In this document: positions 37,385 through 46,711 of the stretch, in pieces
How the letters are laid out: every line of letters starts with the position of its first letter
Numbering within the stretch: position 1 is the first letter of the stretch
Assembly (NCBI GenBank): GCA_036170915.1
Contig: JAVHQC010000033.1
Location: 96,001 to 160,000 of the forward strand
From: Cyanobacteria bacterium auto_48_18
GTDB taxonomy: Bacteria > Cyanobacteriota > Vampirovibrionia > Obscuribacterales > Obscuribacteraceae
Direction of reading: 5' to 3'
DNA: 64,000 nt
Made by a program: the position numbers and the translations under genes
The notes under the pieces: generated by a model
What the model was told of the DNA's origin: nothing
Seen by the model: the letters and a program-made list of their open reading frames with translations, nothing else
Databases searched by the model: none

Positions 37385-38713
37385 CTATTTGCTCAGCGAC
37401 AATCGCTTCAAGAACCTATCTGGCCCCATGAAGCCGCCCAGCTGTTTCAACAATTTGCCCTTGCCGTCCAATATTAAAACCATGGGAATGCCGTTGAACG
37501 GATGCTTTGCCTGAAGATTTTGTGCTTCCTTACTTTCCAGATTTAGCCTCACTGGGACGAAATCTGTATTTAGCTTTGCCACCACATCAGGGTCGGTATA
37601 GGTGATTTGATCCATTTTGCGGCAGTATCCGCACCACTCTGCACCAAACTCAACCAGTATCGTTTTCGTGCTTGTTTTCGACTCAGCCACTGCTGTGGCA
37701 TAATCTTTTCGCCAGTTTATTGTAGCTGTCTGCTCAGCACCTAGTGGCTCGCCGCTTACCAGCTTTTGCACCCGGCGAGAATACTTGGCACCACTTGCTT
37801 CTAGATCAGGGCACAACATCGACGGCATAAATTCTTCGATATGCATGAACGATTTTGGTGCTGAAATTGAAGCAAAAAATTTGCCTGCACCAGTCATTTC
37901 TGGCTCTGACGTCACCACCAAAATAGGAGGGTGGTCTTTAGCCACCAGATCTAAATTGCTCAGGCCATTGTCGCTGTAGAGCTGCTGAGGCACCATGCGC
38001 ATAGCCAGTGCTCCTGGCACTTTGTCGACATACTCTTTGACAGTCGTCCAGGGGTTTTCTAAAATCAAAGCTTTGCATTTATTTGATGCTGCTATTTTCA
38101 GACAGACATATGAGCCAATATCGCGTCCCAGTAAAATTATGTGCTCTGGCGATATCTTTTTCTCTTTGATCAAAAAGTCATAGGCTGCTTGACCGTCAAT
38201 ACATGCTGTTTGTGGTGACGCTTTTACTGCAGAATTATTTAGCCCACGATAATCAAATAAAAATACCGATAGCCCAGCGGCTCTGAGCATTTTTATATAA
38301 CCGGCTGCTAGTGGTAAACGCTTGCCGAATCCGTTGTAACAAACAAGCACTGTGTCGGCACCAGAACCAGGAAAAAACCACCCCTCCAGTTCCACTTTGT
38401 CGGTGGTACTAAATTTGAGTTTTTCAGGCACTTCGAGATTTAGCTTTTTGAATTCTTGATCAGAAGGCTTTGTCTCAAGGCCTTCCAGAATGGTAACGCT
38501 GGCAGTATCAGGCCCCATCACTGCTCGTACGAAGTTAGAAATATGCTTGCGATCTTCAGCAGTACTGCCGCGAAAAAGCACTGATGATAAGAACGACGGG
38601 TTAGTGGCTGGAGCAAAGGAGAGAATCAGAGCCACTATGCCGAGAGCAAGGCAAATAACTGCAAAAGCACTGAGTTTAAAAATATAGGTAAGAACGTTCT
38701 TTGATGTAGGCAC
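37385..38713 (-). CDS. Membrane-anchored degenerate alpha/beta hydrolase fused to a C-terminal thioredoxin domain
   Basis: LEGWFFP, FDYRG, GRDIG; C-terminal FGAEWCGYCRKM..IP. Confidence 0.85.
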   Translation of the reverse strand: MPTSKNVLTYIFKLSAFAVICLALGIVALILSFAPATNPSFLSSVLFRGSTAEDRKHISNFVRAVMGPDTASVTILEGLETKPSDQEFKKLNLEVPEKLKFSTTDKVELEGWFFPGSGADTVLVCYNGFGKRLPLAAGYIKMLRAAGLSVFLFDYRGLNNSAVKASPQTACIDGQAAYDFLIKEKKISPEHIILLGRDIGSYVCLKIAASNKCKALILENPWTTVKEYVDKVPGALAMRMVPQQLYSDNGLSNLDLVAKDHPPILVVTSEPEMTGAGKFFASISAPKSFMHIEEFMPSMLCPDLEASGAKYSRRVQKLVSGEPLGAEQTATINWRKDYATAVAESKTSTKTILVEFGAEWCGYCRKMDQITYTDPDVVAKLNTDFVPVRLNLESKEAQNLQAKHPFNGIPMVLILDGKGKLLKQLGGFMGPDRFLKRLSLSK

Positions 38714-38722
38714 AAATTACTC

Positions 38723-39865
38723 CTAAGCCGACCAAACACTCTTTCGATCTTTTACTCGCCAGATGAAACCATCTAATAAGTAATGGGTTGATTGCGGCAG
38801 TGATAGCAGTGGTATCAGTAGAGCCAGTATGGCAGTGTCTCCAATAGACGGCAAGAATGAAAATGGAGCGAAGAGGCTAAGATGTTCGCGCCATACAAGC
38901 CCGTCCCAGAGCCCTTCTTCAAGATAGGCAAGTGCTGCCAGAAAAACAAAGAAGATTACAACGTTTGAAATTAGCAAGCGGCCCAGCTTAATTCGATTGT
39001 CACTGCCCGCGCCATCACCATGACTTGTATTACTAATTTGGTGGTGATAAAGCCAGATTAGTGCCATGTAGGGAATGCCGTGACTGACTACATTTGTAAT
39101 AGTGAATGCCATGTCTGAATTAAATGCTACTATGCCGACCCACCAGCTCAGCGCAGTTCCTGCGAGCAACAAGTTCTTCGGTATATTGAAAAATCTGGTT
39201 TTTGCACCCAATACAATTTCTTTTATGACGTAGGCAAATGCAATTATTGTGTATGCTGCAAAGCCGCCTTGTGTCACTATTTGCGGCAGTGTTTCGATAA
39301 AATCGCCAGCCACAAACCAGCTGAAATTTCTTGGCATATTGGTATGCCAGAAGAGTATGGGATAAAGCGTAGCTAAATAAACGGCAGCACAATCGAGCCA
39401 TCTATATCTTTTAAACTCAAGCGGATCTTTTCTCGAATAAAGAATGACGAATCCAAATTGTTGACGAATAAAATGAAACACAGCCAGGTAAGCCAGGGCG
39501 CGCCAGAAATAAATGGCGTCAAGCGAATAGAGTAAGCTCCCACCAACCCATGCTATGGCCGGAATGGCGAGCAAAATAGTTTTGTTATTTTCAAAGGCTG
39601 TGGGGTCAAGATAAGTGCGGAAAAGTGTGGCATAAACGTGAGCTACATCAATAAGCAAAACAAAACACACCCAGACCCACAAGGGCACATTTGTGCTGGC
39701 TGCCATCTGTCCGCGAAATAGAACCACACAGGCAACTGCAATGAAAGCTGGCGAGAGAATCCAGATGCTGTCCCAGAGCGGTGATGAAAGCCAGGCTTGT
39801 TCAGTGGGTCGCTCTGTGGAAGCGGCCACGATTTGGTCAGGCTGAAAATGTATATCAGGATTCAA
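38723..39865 (-). CDS. Polytopic membrane protein with conserved-looking His motifs
   Basis: DVAHVYAT, FHFIRQQFG, SHGIPY, THYLLDGFIW; many TM segments; overlaps the oxidoreductase stop. Confidence 0.85.
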   Translation of the reverse strand: MNPDIHFQPDQIVAASTERPTEQAWLSSPLWDSIWILSPAFIAVACVVLFRGQMAASTNVPLWVWVCFVLLIDVAHVYATLFRTYLDPTAFENNKTILLAIPAIAWVGGSLLYSLDAIYFWRALAYLAVFHFIRQQFGFVILYSRKDPLEFKRYRWLDCAAVYLATLYPILFWHTNMPRNFSWFVAGDFIETLPQIVTQGGFAAYTIIAFAYVIKEIVLGAKTRFFNIPKNLLLAGTALSWWVGIVAFNSDMAFTITNVVSHGIPYMALIWLYHHQISNTSHGDGAGSDNRIKLGRLLISNVVIFFVFLAALAYLEEGLWDGLVWREHLSLFAPFSFLPSIGDTAILALLIPLLSLPQSTHYLLDGFIWRVKDRKSVWSA

Positions 39866-41537
39866 GTTTTTTTAAGACCATCTTAGCTGCTTCTACACCG
39901 TGATATTGAGCTTCTTCAAAGTTAGACATACCGCTCATGTCTGAATGAGCAAACAGTATGTTGCCTTTTGCCTCTTTCATGCGCTTGCGATCTTGGCCCC
40001 AAATGAGCCCCACTGTCGGTCTAATTAAGCCGTGACCCCACGGCCAGAGGTCAATCGAAAGAATATCGTTTTCGATATTGGGGTGCATGCTCTTGAGGTC
40101 TTCAATTATTATTTTAGACCACTCTTCTTTGCTCGACTGAAAAAGCTTTTGTCGAGCTGCTTTAGGTTGCATTTGTGAAAGTGGAAAATAATATGTGATT
40201 ACAGTGGGCTTTTGCCTGGTGGAAATATCTTGATGGTTGGAGATTACATAACCAAGCGAATCGCTGTAATAGCTGACATTGTCCCAGGCTGGTGCCAAAC
40301 CCCTCGAATCAGGCAAACGCTTCAAGCTGATATTGGCTACCATCCATGGTGCGTAGCTGAGGTTGATATCACTTGTTTGCGTATGTGTTGTCTGCGTATG
40401 TTTTGTCTGCGTATGGGTTGCTTCTGTTTGCTTCTCGTCTTTGATTACATGATTAGCCACATAGCGCGGTGCGGCGAAGATGACAAATTCTGATTCGATT
40501 GCAGAATATTCATTGGTATCACTGTGCAGACAAGTCGTAATCACCTTGCCGCCTTTTTGTTTGACTGCGGTGGCCATTTGGTTATTGCAGATGCTGCCCT
40601 GTACTGGGGCTTTCAGTTTCTCTACCAAAAAACCGTTACCTTGCGGCCAGGTTAACACGGCGTTGGGTTCAGAATTTGCAGCAGTGCCTCGTCTGCCGGC
40701 AAAATAATGAATGCCTGCCCAGGCTGAGACGTTTTCTGTGCTCGAGCCATAATCGTCGCGACAACAATAGTTGACATACCACAAGAGGGGCTGGCTCTTG
40801 AAGTTGTTGTCTTTAAGCCACTGACTCATAGAAATGCCATCAAGGGCTGTGAACTCTTGATCTTGTGAGCTCAAATCGAGTGGAATAGTAAAGGCGAGTT
40901 TGCCATCACTTCCGGTGGCACGGCGAAAGCTCAGCATCACTTCAAAAAATCTTGCCACTTCAGCACTTTCATTTGGTTGCAGGCCGCGTTTTGGAACCAA
41001 TCCTTCGTGAAAGGAACCGTCTTTGTAAAGTCGGTCCTGCGGCTCGTGACAGAGCATTAGTTCATCATAAACTGGCTCACCAGCTGCATTATATCCTTGA
41101 ATTATTTTCAGTTCTTCAAATAACTGTCGAACATAATGCGACTCAGGATTAGCAATAGGCACATAATGTGCCCCCCAGGGGAAGGCACCATATGCACTGC
41201 TGCTGCTGGCCGAATTGCCGCCAACTTCTTTTTCTAACTCCAAAATTACAAAATCGTTGACTCCATGTTTTTTGAGCCACCAGGCTGCCGATAAGCCTGC
41301 TATGCCACCGCCGATTATGGTAACCCTGGTAGATTGAGTACCAGTGATGGTTTCATTGCCGGCTGACTGGCGCAGACGATGGCCGAGTTTACTCGAAGGG
41401 CCAAGCATGCGACAGCGTATTCTTTCGCTAGATCCCTTCAGCAAAGGTGCGTCTAGTGCGAGTTTTCCTGCCACAGCAGCTACACCGCAACCGGCCAATA
41501 CTTTTAAGAAAACAGCGCGGCTAATGGGCGTCGACAT
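39855..41537 (-). CDS. FAD-dependent oxidoreductase (flavin amine oxidase-like)
   Basis: IIGGGIAGLSAA, ELEKEVGG, WGAHY, FEEAQYHG; start at MSTPISR preferred. Confidence 0.9.
   Translation of the reverse strand: MSTPISRAVFLKVLAGCGVAAVAGKLALDAPLLKGSSERIRCRMLGPSSKLGHRLRQSAGNETITGTQSTRVTIIGGGIAGLSAAWWLKKHGVNDFVILELEKEVGGNSASSSSAYGAFPWGAHYVPIANPESHYVRQLFEELKIIQGYNAAGEPVYDELMLCHEPQDRLYKDGSFHEGLVPKRGLQPNESAEVARFFEVMLSFRRATGSDGKLAFTIPLDLSSQDQEFTALDGISMSQWLKDNNFKSQPLLWYVNYCCRDDYGSSTENVSAWAGIHYFAGRRGTAANSEPNAVLTWPQGNGFLVEKLKAPVQGSICNNQMATAVKQKGGKVITTCLHSDTNEYSAIESEFVIFAAPRYVANHVIKDEKQTEATHTQTKHTQTTHTQTSDINLSYAPWMVANISLKRLPDSRGLAPAWDNVSYYSDSLGYVISNHQDISTRQKPTVITYYFPLSQMQPKAARQKLFQSSKEEWSKIIIEDLKSMHPNIENDILSIDLWPWGHGLIRPTVGLIWGQDRKRMKEAKGNILFAHSDMSGMSNFEEAQYHGVEAAKMVLKKLES
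40373..40417. repeat. 3 x 15-bp in-frame tandem repeat inside the oxidoreductase
   Basis: ttgtttgcgtatgtg / ttgtctgcgtatgtt / ttgtctgcgtatggg, encoding THTQT-KHTQT-THTQT. Confidence 0.85.
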
Positions 41538-43029
41538 ACTCACCCCACTCTGATTCAAAAAGATGAACAAGAGATTGGTTATTCAATTTGTTGACAGTTG
41601 AAACAGTGGGCATCATATCTTTTGCGAACGACAGCATGGGCGGAAGGGTGTCGGCTGAGACGTAGCGTAGCCCGTCGGGATACGCATCTTGTGAAGCGGG
41701 TTTGAAGGGCGCAAGACTTCCAATTACATAACCCCAGTCGCCAAAAGCAGGCACATAAGCGTGGTAAGGGGTTGTATGAAAACCAACTGACCGCAGAGTT
41801 TGGTCTACGCACCAGAACGAATTTTTTGCATAAAATGGTGATGTGCTTTGCACCACGACCATGCCATCAGGTTTGAGCACGTTTTTTAAAGTCTTGTAAA
41901 ACGTGTCGCTATAAAGTTTTCCAAGAGAATAATTACTGGGATCAGGAAAGTCTATGACCGCCAGATCAAACTTTTGTGTTGTGGTGCGCAGCCAGATAAA
42001 AGCGTCATTGATAATCACTTTTACTTTGCTGTTATTCAAAGAATTCTGGTTCAGGCGAGTGAGCATGCCCTGATTTTGAAAAAGCACCGTCATTTCTTTG
42101 TCTAGATCGACGAGTGTAATTGTTTGCACCGAGGGATATTTGAGCAATTCGCGCACCGCTAAGCCGTCGCCGCCACCAAGCACCAGAATGTCTTTTGGAG
42201 CATTGATACTGGCCATGGCCGGGTGCACCAGTGCTTCGTGGTAGCGATATTCGTCTCGCGAGCTAAACTGCAAATTGCCATTGAGGAAAAGCCTCAAGTC
42301 TTTCGAGTTTCCGGTAAGTACAATGCGCTGATACGGGGTTGACGTTGAGTAAATCACAGGATCTTGAAATGTCGAAGCCTCGGCTATTCCCATTAGTTTG
42401 TCTGCAAAAGCAAAACCACAGACCAGTGCAAAAATCAGAAAATATGCCGTAGATTTCAAAGTGTTCTTATAGGGCAATTCGTTGCGAAACAGGTGAATGG
42501 TCCACACTGCTACACCAAGATTGAATAAACCAAATAGAAAAGACGTTCTAATTAAACCCAGGTAGGGTACCAGCACCAGAGGGAACAGCAGTGACGCTAG
42601 AAGAGCACCCACATAATCGAAGGTGAAGACTTGAGAGACCAGATCTTTAAAGTCGAGGCGGTCTTGAAGAATGCGCATCAGCAGCGGTATTTCTAGGCCG
42701 ATTAGAATGCCGATGATAGCCACAAGGCTGTAGAGCAGAATACGAAAATTGTCTATCTGATTGAACAAGAGAAATAGCAGTGTCGCTGAGCAACCGCCAA
42801 TTAATCCTACTAATAGTTCAACCTGCACAAAAGTAAAGGCGATGTTTTTCTCTACGTATTTAGAGAGAAAAGAGCCGATGCCCATAGAAAATAGGTATAC
42901 GCCTATGACAGTAGAAAACTGAGTGATGGAATCGCCCAGCAGATAACTGGCGATGGTTCCGGCAATCAATTCGTAAATTAGACCGCAAGTTGAGATGACA
43001 AATGCGGTAATTAAAAGGGCGTATGTCAA
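41521..43029 (-). CDS. speE: Polyamine aminopropyltransferase (spermidine-synthase-like) with N-terminal membrane domain
   Basis: About 7 TM N-terminus, TPYQRI, LNGNLQFSSRDEYRYHEALVHP, LGGGDG, VDLD, IDFPDP. Confidence 0.9.
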   Translation of the reverse strand: MTYALLITAFVISTCGLIYELIAGTIASYLLGDSITQFSTVIGVYLFSMGIGSFLSKYVEKNIAFTFVQVELLVGLIGGCSATLLFLLFNQIDNFRILLYSLVAIIGILIGLEIPLLMRILQDRLDFKDLVSQVFTFDYVGALLASLLFPLVLVPYLGLIRTSFLFGLFNLGVAVWTIHLFRNELPYKNTLKSTAYFLIFALVCGFAFADKLMGIAEASTFQDPVIYSTSTPYQRIVLTGNSKDLRLFLNGNLQFSSRDEYRYHEALVHPAMASINAPKDILVLGGGDGLAVRELLKYPSVQTITLVDLDKEMTVLFQNQGMLTRLNQNSLNNSKVKVIINDAFIWLRTTTQKFDLAVIDFPDPSNYSLGKLYSDTFYKTLKNVLKPDGMVVVQSTSPFYAKNSFWCVDQTLRSVGFHTTPYHAYVPAFGDWGYVIGSLAPFKPASQDAYPDGLRYVSADTLPPMLSFAKDMMPTVSTVNKLNNQSLVHLFESEWGEYVDAH

Positions 43030-43035
43030 CCGAGT

Positions 43036-43254
43036 TTACCCATGAATGGCGGCGGCGATTATATTGCCGACTGCAATCATCATGGCTGCAAGAGCAATGG
43101 CGAGAGGCAAATTCTTTTCTATGACAATGTCTTTCCACAAATCGCCTGGGGTGAGCCAGTCAAAAACCTTTGTGGCAAAGCACAATATTGCTATTCCGAG
43201 CGAGGCATAAACTAGTGCCGCCAGAATATATTTTGCCGTTAGTACTTGTTCCAT
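43036..43254 (-). CDS. DUF350 family membrane protein
   Basis: FDWLTPGDLWKDIV..NLPLAI...IIAAAIHG; AAGGAG RBS. Confidence 0.88.
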   Translation of the reverse strand: MEQVLTAKYILAALVYASLGIAILCFATKVFDWLTPGDLWKDIVIEKNLPLAIALAAMMIAVGNIIAAAIHG

Positions 43255-43281
43255 AAAATTCTCCTTTGATTGTCTGAATGA

Positions 43282-43422
43282 TTATTTGTGATAGTGACCG
43301 CCTGGTCCCAGTGGTCTCGATGCGGAAACGGCAAATGGGTCAACCACTTTGTAGCCGTTCATGCCTGCGTAGACAAAAATCGCGCATAGCAGCGAGCCCG
43401 TAACAAAATAAAAGCGAACCAT
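43282..43422 (-). CDS. 46-aa single-TM peptide, not in the ORF track
   Basis: Translated by hand: MVRFYFVTGSLLCAIFVYAGMNGYKVVDPFAVSASRPLGPGGHYHK*; GAGGT RBS at the upstream stop; fills the operon gap. Confidence 0.8.
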   Translation of the reverse strand: MVRFYFVTGSLLCAIFVYAGMNGYKVVDPFAVSASRPLGPGGHYHK

Positions 43423-43431
43423 GTTCTGACC

Positions 43432-44772
43432 TCACTCACTTGAAACGTAGGGACTAAAATCGCTATTAGACCAGCGGCTTACTTCTTCTTGGCGCATGGC
43501 ACCCCAGCTGACTAAGGGTAATATGGAAAGGAAAAATGCAAACCAGAAATAGTTGTCGTAGAGAGGTACTCCTCGTATCACTTTCAAGTTGTATTGATCT
43601 TTATTATTGGAAGCGTAGCCACCACTTTCGGTGTCAAGGTTTAGGTAATATTTTCCGCCTGGAACAGCGGAAATAGAGAGCGCTGCTTCGGAGCTGCCTT
43701 CGGTCCAGGCGCCATCACTATCGGTGCCATAATAATATTCCACTGTTCGCTCAAAGGGATAAGAAGCACCAGTGGTGTTATTAACAAGTTCGCCGGAGAC
43801 ATAAAACCAACTATTGCTCACCGGTGCGTGCACAGTAATCTGCACATTAGACATCTCTTTTTCGAGAGTAAATACCGGCGTAGTCTGGTCGTTTTGTTTG
43901 CCGTTCTGCAAATAAATACCGCGGTAATCACAGGCGACCTCATTTGGAGAAGTGCCAGAAATCCAGATTTGGGCGCAGGTGATAAAGGCTAAAAATAGTG
44001 CCCATAACATGCACATTTGTTCCCAGCGCTTTTTCGCTCTGGGCGGCTCATTGGCAGCTGTTCCGCTGGGGTTCGGCAGCTTATCTAGTTTGAATGTCTT
44101 CTTAATTTCATTGTGCGAAATATACTCGCCGATACTCCAGACCACTTCGCTTTCGTCTTTTTCGCATGAGAGCATCAAAGGCGGGTCAATGTAGTCAGCT
44201 GTGTTGGTTTGGCTGCCAATGACCACTCGCCAGTAAAATTCACCAATCACATAATCAACTTGAGTACGGCCAGAGTTGAAAATCCGATAGCGCTTGCTGT
44301 CTAGTGTGAGAACCTCGCCATACCTTCCGAGACCAGCGACTTTTAAATTAGTCTCTGGTTTTTTCTTGATGGTGGTGATGAAGTTCCAGTGACCTTTATC
44401 TTCAACCAACCATCTGTATCCATAGAACGGATTGAACAGTAAATATTCCGTCCAGAAGTAGGCGCTATTCACATCAGAGCGCGCCATGAATCCAATTACT
44501 TCCCAGGTTTTACCTTTGAGCGATCCCCGCTGCCCTAGCGGAATTAGAGGCTCATACAGTTTTGTGCTTTTGAAGAATTTGGTCAGGATTTGGTAATTTT
44601 CATTGGCAACGTCGATGATTGATTGGCAGTTATCGCAAACCACCGTCATGGACGCACCAGGATATCGCAGTGTGATTGACCCACCACAGTTAGGGCAGGC
44701 AAACATCTTCACTCGCGGTTTTTTTACCGACGGGTTGGGAACATCAGGAATGTCGGCATTACCAGCCATCAA
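43432..44772 (-). CDS. DUF4178 domain protein, long form (Zn ribbon, DUF4178, two TM flanking an exported domain)
   Basis: CPNCGG..CDNCQS, WTEYLLFNP..GYRWL, YVIGEFYW, EVVWSIGEY. Confidence 0.85.
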   Translation of the reverse strand: MMAGNADIPDVPNPSVKKPRVKMFACPNCGGSITLRYPGASMTVVCDNCQSIIDVANENYQILTKFFKSTKLYEPLIPLGQRGSLKGKTWEVIGFMARSDVNSAYFWTEYLLFNPFYGYRWLVEDKGHWNFITTIKKKPETNLKVAGLGRYGEVLTLDSKRYRIFNSGRTQVDYVIGEFYWRVVIGSQTNTADYIDPPLMLSCEKDESEVVWSIGEYISHNEIKKTFKLDKLPNPSGTAANEPPRAKKRWEQMCMLWALFLAFITCAQIWISGTSPNEVACDYRGIYLQNGKQNDQTTPVFTLEKEMSNVQITVHAPVSNSWFYVSGELVNNTTGASYPFERTVEYYYGTDSDGAWTEGSSEAALSISAVPGGKYYLNLDTESGGYASNNKDQYNLKVIRGVPLYDNYFWFAFFLSILPLVSWGAMRQEEVSRWSNSDFSPYVSSE

Positions 44773-45388
44773 TTGGCCTCAAATTTTTAAATTGGAAATC
44801 ATCGAAGTCTAGATAATGGCCGATGAAAGTGCGTGTTTCTTTTGCAGCATACTCAATTGTCGCCATCTCCAGCTCAAAGCCGGTTAGGTCAACGCTGGTT
44901 GATTGTCTCCCTTGTACCGCATCGAAGGGCAATTCGCCTTCGCTATAGAGGCATTTGACTACTCGAATGTCTTCAATTTCGTAAATGCCCTTTTCTTTCA
45001 AATCTACTGCCTGACCGATTTTTAGAGTTTTGACCGGTGGCAGGTCAGTCGCCTCATATGGGTAACAGAAAGCTAAAAATCCCTGTGCTTCTGCCAGCCA
45101 GGCAACACGTTCGTCACCAAATGTGGTGAACCACTCATTCCAAAATCCATCGCTGTATCCAACTTTAAGTCGGCCAATAATCTCAAACTTTTCTTTGTTG
45201 TACATACCGGTGGTGCCGATTTGAAAAGGAGTGAGATCATCTTGCAAATCGGCAATTTTGCCAATTTCGTCCAGGTTCATATCTTGACGAACCAAACTAG
45301 ATTTGCAGAAACTACAAACTGCAAACACCGAAGATTTTGACTGAAAATTGACGTTTGCACCACATGAGGGGCAACTCAATGTCAGCAT
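44759..45388 (-). CDS. DUF4178 domain protein, short form (Zn ribbon + DUF4178)
   Basis: CPSCGA..CSFCKS, WNEWF, WLAEAQG, EGELPF. Confidence 0.85.
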   Translation of the reverse strand: MLTLSCPSCGANVNFQSKSSVFAVCSFCKSSLVRQDMNLDEIGKIADLQDDLTPFQIGTTGMYNKEKFEIIGRLKVGYSDGFWNEWFTTFGDERVAWLAEAQGFLAFCYPYEATDLPPVKTLKIGQAVDLKEKGIYEIEDIRVVKCLYSEGELPFDAVQGRQSTSVDLTGFELEMATIEYAAKETRTFIGHYLDFDDFQFKNLRPIDGW

Positions 45389-46381
45389 TTACGAAATACT
45401 CTTAAGCAGTTCTGCCTTCTTCGCATCAAACTCTTCTTGGGTGAGCACGCCCTTTGTCACCAGACCGTGCAATTTTTCCAGCTTGTCATACACGTCTTCT
45501 TGACTGGCACCACCTGCTGCGGCGGGTGAGCCACCAGGCATGGCTTGAGCCATAGTTTGTCCTAAGGCAGCACCGACGCCCAGACCCATTCCGGCTCCTG
45601 CCAGACCGCCGGGATTGTTCGCCGCATCTTTAATGCTGTCGGCAGCTTGGAAGTTGGCATACTTTTTCAAGTCGCCGACAAGATTCATCTGAGACTGCTT
45701 GTCGAGATATTCTTGCAATTCTTCGGGCAAAGTAACGCTTTGCACCAGGAAGGTGTTCAACTTCAAACCATACTGGAGAAATGCCAAATCAAGCTCAGAT
45801 TTCATCTGCTCTGAAAACTTTTGCTGATTGGCGGCCAGGTCTAAGAAGGCGGTATCAGCCTGGCCAAGCTTAGTGGCAATTTGCGTGATAATCATCGAAC
45901 GCAACTGGCCGTCTAATTCACTGGTTGTATAAGCCTGCCGGGAGCCACTGATTTTCTGATAAAACGTGGTGGGCTCTTCGACTTGATATGAGAATGTGCC
46001 GAAAGCTCTTAAGCGAATTACGCCAAATTCTTTGTCGCGAATAGAAATTGGCTGCTGCGTTCCCCAGCGTTGATCTATTTGCTCGCGTGTAGAGAAAAAG
46101 TAAACTTCAGACTTAAAGGGCGACTTGAAAGCTTTGTCCCAGTTCATCAGCGTGGTGAGAATCGGCATGTTCTGAGTGTTTAATGTATAGCGGCCAGGGC
46201 CGAAGCAGTCTGCGACATTGCCTTCATTGACGAAAAGTGCCATTTGCGAATCGCGAACAGTCAGTTGGGCACCAGATTGAATTTCTTTGTCGAGCGTGGG
46301 AAAGCGGTAGGCGAGCACGCCATCTGTTTCTTCTGTCCACTCGATAACTTCAATGAACTGCTTTTTGAAAATGTCTAACAT
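45389..46381 (-). CDS. SPFH/Band-7 domain protein (YdjI-like) with C-terminal SHOCT
   Basis: EVIEW, GAQLTVRDSQ, PGRYTLNT, SPFKSEVYF, LRAFGTFS, GVLTQEEFDAKKAELL. Confidence 0.9.
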   Translation of the reverse strand: MLDIFKKQFIEVIEWTEETDGVLAYRFPTLDKEIQSGAQLTVRDSQMALFVNEGNVADCFGPGRYTLNTQNMPILTTLMNWDKAFKSPFKSEVYFFSTREQIDQRWGTQQPISIRDKEFGVIRLRAFGTFSYQVEEPTTFYQKISGSRQAYTTSELDGQLRSMIITQIATKLGQADTAFLDLAANQQKFSEQMKSELDLAFLQYGLKLNTFLVQSVTLPEELQEYLDKQSQMNLVGDLKKYANFQAADSIKDAANNPGGLAGAGMGLGVGAALGQTMAQAMPGGSPAAAGGASQEDVYDKLEKLHGLVTKGVLTQEEFDAKKAELLKSIS

Positions 46382-46711
46382 CTGGCACTCCCGCCTGCAT
46401 TTAAAGGGAAGAAAAACTGCTATGAATCCAAGTGCATCTAACTATTTTAGATGTTACCTGCTCGGAAACCGTTTAATCTTCGAAAGTACAAAATTGTTTA
46501 GCTTTTCAAGTGCCACGGTCTGCTTTTGAAGCAACTAATCAAGCAGTTTGCTCGCCAGTGGAAAGCCACTAAGGTTAAGTGGGCTTCGCTCAGCAGGTGT
46601 CGTGCTGGCACCGTATCTGGTGCGTTGACTCTAATATGAAAATGGCCTCGGCATGCATGTTTGGCTTACTGCTTTCAAAATCCTGTAAGATGATGCCTTC
46701 ATTTTTGAGGT

